From the IMG/VR virus record IMGVR_UViG_3300027792_000010: 64,000 bases of DNA. One strand, 5' to 3'. Origin of the DNA: a virus. This document shows positions 46,863-56,800 of this stretch, piece after piece (positions within the stretch are counted from its first letter, which is position 1; each line of letters starts with the position of its first letter). The notes below the pieces were generated by a model, which saw nothing but the letters and a program-made list of their open reading frames with translations, was not told where the DNA came from and made no database searches. A program made the position numbers and the translations under genes.

Positions 46863-47831
46863 ATGCCCAATCCTAAGGATTATGACAATAAAAATAAATT
46901 CATGCATGATAGTATAAAGACTAATATAGCTGAAGGAAAGAAAAGAAATCAGGCTATAGCTATCTCTATTAGTATGTGGAATAGTAGGAATAAGAAGAAA
47001 AAGGGTAAAAGAAAAACTGCTTCGGAAATACTCAGGGAACTCTCTATGAGAATAGCTTTCACTTTTCTAGGCAGGGAACCAACAGAGGTAGAAAAGAAAA
47101 AGTTGGAACAGGTATTTGATAAGTATCCCCAGGAAGAATTGAAACAGTTATCATCCCTTATAGATAGGTGGTGGTATAATTCTAGCGACTTAATGACTAA
47201 AAATCCTGATAAAATGAAACTTTTTGTTATGTCATTCTACAATGAAGTGCTTAAAGACTTTTTGATGAAGCACTCAGACGATAAAGAATTACAGGAGATT
47301 AAGAAAATTATTACTGATTTAGGAGACCAGAATCAGAGGATACACCCAGCTTTTGTTATTAGGTTGATTAGGGATGCTATAAAGGAAGAAGCTATGGAAA
47401 AAAGGGCCGCAGGTAGTATAGTTTATTATGGATTATTTTTTGTACCCCCAGAGTCTATTAAACTTTTTAATGCGGCACAAAGTGGACCTTTATTAGTTAA
47501 AAAAATTCCTGATCCTCATATAACTTTTGCTTTTAAACCAGCTCCGGGTAAGCTTCCTCCAGAAGATTTATGGGGGGAAAAGTTTGATGTAGTAATAACT
47601 GGTTTGGGTAATGACGGAAATAACCAAGGATATAAAGTAGAGATTCCAGAAGAGTTGAAAAAATACTATTTTAATGATGCTATACCACACATCACGCTAT
47701 CTGTTTCAAACATTGGAAAACCTGTAAATACAAGGAACCTTTTATTTAAAGATATTCCTAATTTCAAGGTACAGGGTATATTTGGATACCACAACGGAGC
47801 AAAAGCAGTATTAGAAGAGAGTCCTAAATGA
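46863..47831 (+). CDS. Multi-module protein with C-terminal 2H phosphoesterase
   Basis: DPHITF and IPHITLS (two HxT motifs). Confidence 0.75.
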   Translation: MPNPKDYDNKNKFMHDSIKTNIAEGKKRNQAIAISISMWNSRNKKKKGKRKTASEILRELSMRIAFTFLGREPTEVEKKKLEQVFDKYPQEELKQLSSLIDRWWYNSSDLMTKNPDKMKLFVMSFYNEVLKDFLMKHSDDKELQEIKKIITDLGDQNQRIHPAFVIRLIRDAIKEEAMEKRAAGSIVYYGLFFVPPESIKLFNAAQSGPLLVKKIPDPHITFAFKPAPGKLPPEDLWGEKFDVVITGLGNDGNNQGYKVEIPEELKKYYFNDAIPHITLSVSNIGKPVNTRNLLFKDIPNFKVQGIFGYHNGAKAVLEESPK

Positions 47832-48403
47832 AGATATCCATATCACACAAGATAAGATACAACGCTATGAGGTTAGCAAAAAAAGGAGCTAACTATTCAA
47901 AGTCTAGCTTACAATACGCTCTTCCAGAAGAGACTGCTAAAAGGATACTAAAGTGGTCAAAGGATAATATACCTGATGAAGAATTGTATACTGAAGAAGA
48001 GGATAAGGGAAGAGAAGATGAAATACATATAACGATCTTCTATGGAATATTGGATGAAGATTCAGGCTCTACAGTTAAGGTTTTAGAAGATCACAATATA
48101 AAGTCTTTCCCTGTTCAACTTTCCACAGTTACTGCCTTCCAGAATAAGCCTGAATATGATGTTCTTAAAGTAGATATAGAGTCATCAGAACTCCATAAGA
48201 TTCATAAGCTTATAGAGAGATACTTGGATACTAAGAATGACTTTCCAGAATATAAACCCCATCTTACCTTAGCATATTTGAAAAAAGGATATGCTGATAA
48301 GTACATAGGGAAAAAAGATTTTCAGGGTATTAGTGTGATTGCGGAGTCTGTGGAGTTTTCTTCTAAGAACGGCACAAAAACGAATATCAAATTAAAAAAG
48401 TGA
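47828..48403 (+). CDS. 2H phosphoesterase (2'-5' RNA ligase / Acb1-like)
   Basis: EIHITIFYG and YKPHLTLAY. Confidence 0.85.
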   Translation: MKISISHKIRYNAMRLAKKGANYSKSSLQYALPEETAKRILKWSKDNIPDEELYTEEEDKGREDEIHITIFYGILDEDSGSTVKVLEDHNIKSFPVQLSTVTAFQNKPEYDVLKVDIESSELHKIHKLIERYLDTKNDFPEYKPHLTLAYLKKGYADKYIGKKDFQGISVIAESVEFSSKNGTKTNIKLKK

Positions 48404-48416
48404 TAATTTATTAATA
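48403..48416 (+). promoter_or_regulatory. Class II promoter variant (1 mismatch)
   Basis: ATAATTTATTAATA upstream of 48473. Confidence 0.5.
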
Positions 48417-48472
48417 CTATCTGATTTGTTAGATGCATATCTTTATTACATTCATATTAAAAGGAGATAGAT

Positions 48473-49597
48473 ATGTCAGAGATGAAATCTTATGTCGCAG
48501 TTGTTGACTTCAACATGAGCCTTAACAATGGTAAAGAATCCATAAGGGTTACAAGAGGTCAGGTTCTATCATTCGATGGATTGTACGTTGATATGGGTGA
48601 TGGAACAAGAGGCACAGCAAGGCCCCTTTCCAAGATGATTGGTGAGTGGGTAGTTCCTTATCAGCAGCAGGTCCCCCAGGCTCCTCGTCCTCAGATAAGG
48701 ACATCAGTAGCCGGAAGAGACAGTATAGAACAAAGTAATGAGTACCAGGATTTTCCTGTGACTAATGCAGGTCGTGACCCCTCTCTTGAGAGAGATCTTC
48801 AGACCTACGAAGAGAAAACTTTTGGTAAGACTGGTAAATTGATTCAGGATGATTCGTCTGTAGTTTCACAAGTTAGACAAGCATCCAATAGTGGAGCCAT
48901 AAAGAATACGTCAGGTGTTCAGATTGAAGAGCAGAATATGCAGGTAGGTACTGTAATCTCCCATGAGGAGAGAGTAGTCAAAGAGACCAGTTATAACGGG
49001 CCTCAAGTAACTTCTCAGCAGGAGCACCTAAGGGTTGTGAATGATGAGGTTATTGCAAAACAGACGGTTTCCAACCCAACTGTAGAAGAACTTTTGAAGC
49101 AGATGGCAGCGCTACAGCAGCAGGTTCTTAAGTTAACGAGACAGCCTACTGTTTCACAGGAAGAGAGAGTTGTTAAAGAAACAGGTTCTATAGCGATTCC
49201 TCGTACAGATGTTGGTTCTTCTACTCAGGCCCAAGTAGCTCAGAGTAAGGTAGCAGCATCCCAGCAGAAAGTGATTATAAAGTCGCCTAATAAGAAAATT
49301 ACAGAGGACAATGAGGGAGTGATAGTTAAGAAGGTAAAGAATACTAATGTAAAGGTAGACGGTGGGAATAGCGGTATTTCTATAAAGACTGCAGTAGTAC
49401 CTGAAGATACAAATATAGCAGATGCTAATGTTACTTTCGGAGGTAATGCTAAAGATATTTACGAAAGTGACACTGAATTTAGCGGAACTGGGGCAGAAGT
49501 TGTTGATGTGTCAGTAGCAGGACCTAAACAAGGTGTGCATGTAGCAAGACAACTAGACTCTGGAATAGATGTGGATGAATTACTAGGAGCTGTATAA
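48473..49597 (+). CDS. Hypothetical Q/V-rich protein with internal EERVVKET repeats
   Basis: AGGAG ribosome-binding site; ISHEERVVKET and VSQEERVVKET. Confidence 0.7.
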   Translation: MSEMKSYVAVVDFNMSLNNGKESIRVTRGQVLSFDGLYVDMGDGTRGTARPLSKMIGEWVVPYQQQVPQAPRPQIRTSVAGRDSIEQSNEYQDFPVTNAGRDPSLERDLQTYEEKTFGKTGKLIQDDSSVVSQVRQASNSGAIKNTSGVQIEEQNMQVGTVISHEERVVKETSYNGPQVTSQQEHLRVVNDEVIAKQTVSNPTVEELLKQMAALQQQVLKLTRQPTVSQEERVVKETGSIAIPRTDVGSSTQAQVAQSKVAASQQKVIIKSPNKKITEDNEGVIVKKVKNTNVKVDGGNSGISIKTAVVPEDTNIADANVTFGGNAKDIYESDTEFSGTGAEVVDVSVAGPKQGVHVARQLDSGIDVDELLGAV

Positions 49598-49598
49598 G

Positions 49599-51335
49599 TT
49601 GGAAGCTAATGTTCATCATGTATTAGCAAAGTACCAAGAAGATCCGAATATTGAGGAAGCTAATCCTTTTTATGAAAACCCGGATTGGATGAGGTACATG
49701 AAGGAACATAACCAGGGGGGACCTATAAAAAAGGTTCCTCCTGCTGTTGGTGAACTTGTTAAAACTCTTACTAAGAATAAAAAAGTAGATGAAGGATTCA
49801 ACATAAATAATCCTTGGGACTATAGTGACCCAAATACTAAACCTAAAGAACAAAAAGATTCTCCACCTACTGATAAAGAAATAGTAACACACCCAGAGAT
49901 TGATAAACCAGATAAGTATAACGAACAGGGTGTATTAAAAGAGTGGTGGGAATCAAGAAGAGTAGACTATACTCAAGAACCTGAGGAACAAAATCCAGCA
50001 ATAAGTATAGATAGAAAATATGCTTCATCAGAAGATGTCCTAGCTAACTATTACTTTGAGAATATCCCTATGATAGTAGATGCTGGAGATTTTGATGACT
50101 TCGGTGAGTATATAAAAGTAGCAGCTACTTTAAATGAGGTAATAAATAAAGATACCCACTATAAGAATAATGAAAAAATGCAGAGGTCTAAAGGATGTAC
50201 TGTATTTCTTAAGAATAGGACTAATAAGAGCGAAATACAAGGCGGTAAGTTCGTTTTTAATGTCGCTAGCTATGCTGGTCACGTTCATACAGTTGTTTTT
50301 CAGTTTTATAGAGATGCAGGTAAAAGACCTCAGACTTACGCAGACTGTAAAGTTGAGATAGCTTGTAGTTGCCCATCATTTTTATTCTACGGCGCTCAAT
50401 ACTATGCTGTTCTTGGTAAGTATATGTACTCTCCTCGATTTAGAAGGTCCTTAGTACCGCCTACGCCTCAGGACCAGGTATCTTCGTATAGAGGTAATAG
50501 AGCCAATCCCGGAAGAGGTTTAAATTTTAGAGTGTGCAAGCATATTCTTGCAGCATACAATACCATTAAAGGCTGGCCTATAGAGAAGCACTTCCAGAAG
50601 TATCCTCTTGAGGGACCTCCTTCTGCTATAATGAATGTGGACGAGTGGAAGAGGATAATGAAATTTGATTTTTCCGAAAAGAGTATAGTAGATAGTTTAG
50701 AGAAGAAACCTACTAAGATACCGTCAGTACTTAGAGCAAGATGGCTTAATAAGAAGCTTACAAATTGGATAGAAAGTATATGGGTGCCTAGGTCAGATCA
50801 GCAAAAATTGGATATTTTGAAAACACTAGTAGAGCATCCTGAAGAAGTATATTTTTTAGCGCTTAAAGAAGCTGACCTAAAAGGCGGGGTTACCTCATTA
50901 TTTGCAAAAAAAGTTTTTGAGTTATTAGACCTTACTGTAAAGTCTAAGGCCGAGGGTAAGCCTATTACTGAGACATCTCCAGAAGTTCCTGATGAGCAGG
51001 TAGAGACTGGGAAAGGCACGGGTGATGTCCTGGAGCAGATGGCGGGTGCTATAAAGGAAAAATCAGAGGATAAGATTGAAAAACAGGTTGAGAAGGAAGT
51101 CACAAAAGAGGTTAATAAAACTAAAACCCCAGTACCAGAAGAAACCTTACAGGGGATAATAGGTGACGTAAAATTAGATATACAGGAAGAGATAACTAAG
51201 GGATTAGGAACAGATCCTGGATTAAAAAAGCCATCTCAAAAACTTATAGATAAATATTTAAACAAGATAACACCTACATTGGTAAGGAGAGTACTATGGA
51301 AGTACTTAGAGCAGAGTGGGAAGCTAAAGACATAA
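49599..51335 (+). CDS. SWIM zinc-finger-containing protein
   Basis: IACSCPSF...VCKHILAA; KYAS and KVAA motifs; TTG start. Confidence 0.65.
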   Translation: MEANVHHVLAKYQEDPNIEEANPFYENPDWMRYMKEHNQGGPIKKVPPAVGELVKTLTKNKKVDEGFNINNPWDYSDPNTKPKEQKDSPPTDKEIVTHPEIDKPDKYNEQGVLKEWWESRRVDYTQEPEEQNPAISIDRKYASSEDVLANYYFENIPMIVDAGDFDDFGEYIKVAATLNEVINKDTHYKNNEKMQRSKGCTVFLKNRTNKSEIQGGKFVFNVASYAGHVHTVVFQFYRDAGKRPQTYADCKVEIACSCPSFLFYGAQYYAVLGKYMYSPRFRRSLVPPTPQDQVSSYRGNRANPGRGLNFRVCKHILAAYNTIKGWPIEKHFQKYPLEGPPSAIMNVDEWKRIMKFDFSEKSIVDSLEKKPTKIPSVLRARWLNKKLTNWIESIWVPRSDQQKLDILKTLVEHPEEVYFLALKEADLKGGVTSLFAKKVFELLDLTVKSKAEGKPITETSPEVPDEQVETGKGTGDVLEQMAGAIKEKSEDKIEKQVEKEVTKEVNKTKTPVPEETLQGIIGDVKLDIQEEITKGLGTDPGLKKPSQKLIDKYLNKITPTLVRRVLWKYLEQSGKLKT

Positions 51336-51583
51336 GCGGGGCAGTTAAGTTAGGTTTTAGTTTCATGGAGATTAAAGATAAGATAGTCGGGTTTGTGTCT
51401 GCTCATCCAACTGTTATGAAAGCTCTTATTCTCGCAACACACAGTGATATCACCTTTGATTACATACCTGAAGGATTAGGGTTTATTAGGACAGCCTATC
51501 TTATGTTTAAATTTGGACGTTCAAATGAGATAGTCTTTATTGATCAAGATAAAACAGAAAAATTGATTATTACTTTAAAGTAA
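51296..51583 (+). CDS. Hypothetical protein
   Basis: 95-aa ORF, 40-nt overlap with the previous gene. Confidence 0.55.
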   Translation: MEVLRAEWEAKDISGAVKLGFSFMEIKDKIVGFVSAHPTVMKALILATHSDITFDYIPEGLGFIRTAYLMFKFGRSNEIVFIDQDKTEKLIITLK

Positions 51584-51602
51584 GATACCCAAATAGTACA
51601 TT
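51574..51602 (+). promoter_or_regulatory. Class I promoter TTTAAA-N17-TACATT
   Basis: Exact motif heading the FmdB-like and glycosyltransferase genes. Confidence 0.7.
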
Positions 51603-51628
51603 ATTTTATATAAAATAAGGAGGTAGCT

Positions 51629-52075
51629 ATGCCCCGGTACGATTATAGATGTAATGAGTGTGGGACCATCTTTGAGATTATCCACTCTATCAAAGAAACA
51701 CCCATTCTTCAATGCCAAGAATGTGAATCTAAGGAATCTCTTGAGAGATTAATTTCTCAGAATTTTGGCGGCTTTATATTTAAGGGTCATAAGACTGAAT
51801 CAATGAATTGGAAAGAAAAGAGAGTTCGTCATAAAAAGAACGCAGAATTAGAAGTGAAGCAGATAGAAAAGTGGAGCGGTACAAATGGTAAACTTGTACC
51901 TAATATAGGTGGGACTCCTTTTGATAACTGGAGAGATGCTGCAGTGGCGGCTAAAGAATCAAAGTTAGATCCGACAGGGTTCCAGAAGAAAGCAGAAGAA
52001 TCTAAACACTTAAATGCTTTTGGGATAGATGATAGAAAGTGGAAAGAAGCTAAGAAGAAGAGAGATGAAGCTTAA
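51629..52075 (+). CDS. FmdB-family Zn-ribbon protein
   Basis: MPRYDYRCNECGTIFE...CQECES...RLIS....FIFKG. Confidence 0.85.
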   Translation: MPRYDYRCNECGTIFEIIHSIKETPILQCQECESKESLERLISQNFGGFIFKGHKTESMNWKEKRVRHKKNAELEVKQIEKWSGTNGKLVPNIGGTPFDNWRDAAVAAKESKLDPTGFQKKAEESKHLNAFGIDDRKWKEAKKKRDEA

Positions 52076-52117
52076 TAAGCTCTCATAATAGATTAAAATT
52101 ATATAGATGGAGATAAT

Positions 52118-53821
52118 ATGTCAAACCTGAAAAAAGGTCTTTCTTTATGTGTCATAGTGGGCCCTGGAGAAGCTAAAGATTTAGATAGGCTTCTAAGTTC
52201 GTGTACCCCAAAAGATAAGCCTCAATTTTTTGACGAAATTTGTATAACCCACGCTACTAAGGAAAATGATCAGGAAGTTATATCAGTTGCAAATAAATAT
52301 ACTAGTAACGTGTCTTTTTTCAAATGGCGAAACGATTTTAGCGCTGCCCGTAACTATAACTTCGATAAAGCAACCTGTTCTCACATACTTTGGCTTGATG
52401 CAGATGACGTTATAAAACCTGATAATTATGATAAGCTATTAGCTATTAAAGATAGTATTTTCTCAAAAGACCTTATCCTTCTTACCTATGTATATCATCA
52501 CGATGAAAATGATAATCCTGTAGTTGTTTTACCTAGGGAGAGGATAGTTAGGAACTGTGGGGAAATACGTTGGCATGATCCTATTCATGAATATCTTCCT
52601 ATGTTCAATCATTTCAAGATGGAGCAGTATAGCGAGATAGCTATCGATCACTATCGCTCAAAGCCTTTTAACCCAGAGCGTAATCTTTCCATTCTTGCTG
52701 AGGAATATAAAAAGTCTAATTGTTCTGGTAGGACTAAATTCTACTATGGTAAAGAATTATTCGATATACAGAGGTACATAGAAGCTCTTCCTGTTTTAGA
52801 AGATTACTTATCTAAGGATAATGACGATTTTGTAGATAATAAGTGTGTCGCCTGTATTAAACTCTCTACTTATTACTATGTGCAGAAGAACATAGATGCT
52901 TGTAGAAACTACGCCATGAAGGGTATGCGTTTTAATCCTAATTATGCAGAAAACTATGTAACTATGGGTGATACCTATTCTGATGATAATAAGATAGATA
53001 CCGCAATTGAATATTACAAAGAAGCAAAAACAAAAAAATTAGTAGGGGGGATGTCTCAGCTTGTCGATTATTACGGATTCATTCCATCTTATAGATTAGC
53101 GGTTATGTTCGCAAAGAAAAAGGAGTTTAGAGAAGCTATTAGATACATGGAAGAGGCTATGGCTTTAAAACCACAGCATGAACAGCTTATCAAACTTCAT
53201 CGAGACCTAAAGAGTGAGTTTGATTCTACGAGTAAGGTAAAGTTACTAGATGAGTCCTCGTTGAAGAAGATTACAGATTTTCTTAAAGAAAATAATTTTA
53301 TAATTAATGTAGAGGATAATAACTCAGACTTTGCACGATTAAAAATTACTAGGGTTAAGAATATCAGTGTGGCTTGGATGATTCCTTACATTAATATAGA
53401 TGATCCTGCCACACGCATAAGAAGGGTAAATATTCATGGACTTCTTGCAACAAAAAATATCAAAACTCAAATTCTGGCTAACCTCATTACGAACTATAAT
53501 ACTAAAACTCCAATGGAGGTACGGAACTCTGTCGGAGATGCTAATATTGCTATTTTCTCTTCTTTTACTCCGACTGATGTGGAAATAATCAAGCACTTTA
53601 AGGGTGTCGGGATCAAAGTTATATTTGACCTTGCTGAGGCTATTTTTGATTTCCCTGGGGTATCTGAAATTCTTAAGATGGTTGATTTAGTGGTGTGCTG
53701 CTCCACAAAGCTTCAGGATATGTGCATAGAGCGAGGAATCACGAAGACGGCTATAATAAAGGACGCTGTAGAAGAAACTTCCTTTGATACTCCTCATCAG
53801 TATATACGTGATATGGAATAA
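52118..53821 (+). CDS. GT2 glycosyltransferase + TPR + N-terminal lobe of a GT-B domain
   Basis: LSLCVIV, WRNDFSAARN, LWLDADD, IHEYL; TPR helices; C-terminal KVIFDLAE...DLVVCCSTKL...IKDAVE. Confidence 0.88.
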   Translation: MSNLKKGLSLCVIVGPGEAKDLDRLLSSCTPKDKPQFFDEICITHATKENDQEVISVANKYTSNVSFFKWRNDFSAARNYNFDKATCSHILWLDADDVIKPDNYDKLLAIKDSIFSKDLILLTYVYHHDENDNPVVVLPRERIVRNCGEIRWHDPIHEYLPMFNHFKMEQYSEIAIDHYRSKPFNPERNLSILAEEYKKSNCSGRTKFYYGKELFDIQRYIEALPVLEDYLSKDNDDFVDNKCVACIKLSTYYYVQKNIDACRNYAMKGMRFNPNYAENYVTMGDTYSDDNKIDTAIEYYKEAKTKKLVGGMSQLVDYYGFIPSYRLAVMFAKKKEFREAIRYMEEAMALKPQHEQLIKLHRDLKSEFDSTSKVKLLDESSLKKITDFLKENNFIINVEDNNSDFARLKITRVKNISVAWMIPYINIDDPATRIRRVNIHGLLATKNIKTQILANLITNYNTKTPMEVRNSVGDANIAIFSSFTPTDVEIIKHFKGVGIKVIFDLAEAIFDFPGVSEILKMVDLVVCCSTKLQDMCIERGITKTAIIKDAVEETSFDTPHQYIRDME

Positions 53822-53889
53822 TTAATTGTATATTTCAATAGAGATGATTAGTTATATAACATATAGATAAAAAAGAGAGGCTATATAAT

Positions 53890-56800
53890 ATGAAAGAGTT
53901 AAAAGCAGGTTTTTTTGGATGCGGTGGAAATTCCTTTCTTGTGACCGACTATTTGAGAAAAACTATAGAAGATGCAGGATATAAATTAATTGTTTGTAGT
54001 GAGTGGGACAATGCGGATGTAAAGTGGGGGTTAAACACATGGAAAGCAGCGATGAATGACTGTGATGTCGTATTATGCCCTCAGAGAGTTGAGGTACAAG
54101 CTGCCAAATCAAATGTGAAGGTTACAACGGCTATGGCCCTTGGTATGCCTGTTATTGCTAGTCGTATAAAGTCTTATGAAGAAGTTATAAGGCACGGAGA
54201 AAATGGGTACATCTGTGACAGTATGGATGATTGGTCTAAGGCACTTATAGAATTAAAGGACCCTGAAAAAAGGAAACAGGTAGGAACTGCAGCAAAAAAT
54301 TCTATAGGGCAGTACACTCAGGATTATATATCTACGCAGTGGATAACAACCTTTAATAAGATTTTGTCTGAAGAGATAAAAGAAGTTAATTCTGAGCCTA
54401 TGGTTTCTGAGCTGAAATCAAGAGACTTAATAGACATAATTATTCCTAACTATCAGAATCTTGATTATCTAAAAATGTGTCTTACTTCTATTAGGTTGAA
54501 CACTACGCATCCTTATAACCTAATTATTTCTGATGCCGGAAGCGGCGAAGAGGTATGGGGCTATCTAAGAACATTACAGGGCATCACAGTTCTTGGAAGC
54601 CCTACCCAAAGAAAGACTTATTCTGAAGCTTGTAATTCAGGTATAGAGGCTTCTAATACTAAGTACCTTGTTATCCTTAACTCAGATGTTATAGTATCTT
54701 CAGGATGGCTTACAAACCTTGTGGATAAGATGGATAGCGTAGAGAGACTCGCTGCTTGTGGTGTTCTTTCGAACTGTGATCGTGGTTGGTTATTCAGAGC
54801 GCCTGAGGACACTGATCCGAGGTTGAGTCAGCTTCCTGTATACCCTATGACTCTTATGAAGTCTGGTGTAAATCTTCATCCGGGTATGAAGAAGGATGAG
54901 ATAGAACCTCATATTGAGGAACTGTATAAATTTATGGAGGACTCAAATAAGGCTAACAAGGGTAAATTTGTTAGACAGTCTTGGGTAGCAGGTTATGCCA
55001 CTATCTATGCTAGAACAGCTATCAATGAAGTAGGGTTATTTGACACTCAGTATAAGAACGGTTGTGAAGATTCAGATCTTTGTTTGAGACTTGCTAAGAG
55101 TTATTTCTCTATGGGTCAGGCTATTGATTCTTTTGTATTCCATTTTGGTGGTGTTACTAGAACTACCTATCAAGGTGAAAATAAAGAAGTATATGATAAA
55201 GAAGATATGGATAATCATATAAAGTACCGTACTAAGTGGGCTAAACAAAGAGTTTGGATATACACAGGACCTGCTCACGAGCCTTGGGATAAAGCTAAGG
55301 TAGATGCAGGCATGGCAGGATCAGAAACTTGGGCAACATATTTGGGCGAGGCTTTTGCTCGTAAAGGGTATGACGTTAGAATCTACAACGATTTGAATAT
55401 AGAAGATAAAGCACTGCCTAAGCTGGAGCCTGTATATGTAGATAACGAGTTAGTAGGGGCTGTAACGTACAGACACTATACAAATATGTATGAAGATTTG
55501 AAGTATGACCATATCGATTACTTTATTAGTTCGAGGACAGTACAGCCGTTTTTAAATAATGTACATTCTTGTAAAAAATTTGTAATGGTGCATGATATTT
55601 GGTTATCTAATGATCCTAATTATGATTTGCAGGCATGGCAGGTATTCAAGTATGCTTATTTGAGTGAGTGGCATAAGAATTTTTTGATCCATCATCATAA
55701 AATGCCCTCTGAAAAAATGTTTTTGACTGGAAACGGTGTTGTGCAGGATCTCTATAAAGATGTAGATTTATACACAAAGAAAAATAAGATTGTGTATAGC
55801 TCCAGTCCAGATAGAGGTTTATACCAGTTACTACAGATGTTCCCAGCAATTAAGAAAGAAGTCCCCGATTTGGAACTTGTGGTAGGGTATGGGTTTTTTA
55901 ACTGGAAATCATTTGCGAGGCAGAGAGGTGATACTGCTTCTATTGCTTTGATGGAAAAGATAGAAGGATTGATGAATCAACCAGGGGTAACTTATCTTGA
56001 TAGGGTTGATAAGAAAACACTTGCTTACCATCAGATGGAAGCTAAAGTATGGGTAATGCCTACATGGTTTAGTGAAACTTTCTGCTGTCACCCTGATAAT
56101 GAGATTGTGACTGATAAAGGTTTTAAACGAATAGTTGATCTAACTATGACTGATAAAGTTTTGACGCATAAAGGAAGATTTAGAAGAATTGAGAAAATTC
56201 TTTCACGTAAGGTAAATGAGGAGTTATTGGGTCTAATAATAAAAAACCATACAGCAGATATTGGGTATTATACCCCAGAGCACCCAATACTTAGAATTAC
56301 GTCAAAAGTTGCTAATAAAATTAAAAGAAATAAGGAGATGATAAAGGAACAGGGTATTATATCTGATTGGGTTTCAATCAAAGATATCCATGTTGGGGAC
56401 TATGTTTGTTTACCTACTATTAAAGAAAGTACCCCAGTAAAATATTATGAACTTATATCTGATATGAAAGATATAAATAGAAACTACAGAGTATACGGTA
56501 ATAATATCATGACTAGAAAAGATAGCAGGTATAAGACTATACCATCAAAAATATTAATGAACGAAGAATTTGCTAGATTTTTGGGTCTATACTTCTCTGA
56601 GGGATCTTTTAGTGGTGGCTGTATAAAGTTTTCTTTTCATAAGAAAGAAGAAGCATATATTTCTTTTGTGAGAGAGTACATTAAAAATACTTTTGGTTAC
56701 GAAACTAAAGTATCAACTAAAAATAACTGTTCAATAGTTTCATGCTACTGTAATTCTTTGGGGGAGTGGCTAAAAAGAATATTTGGGAGAGAAGCCTCAA

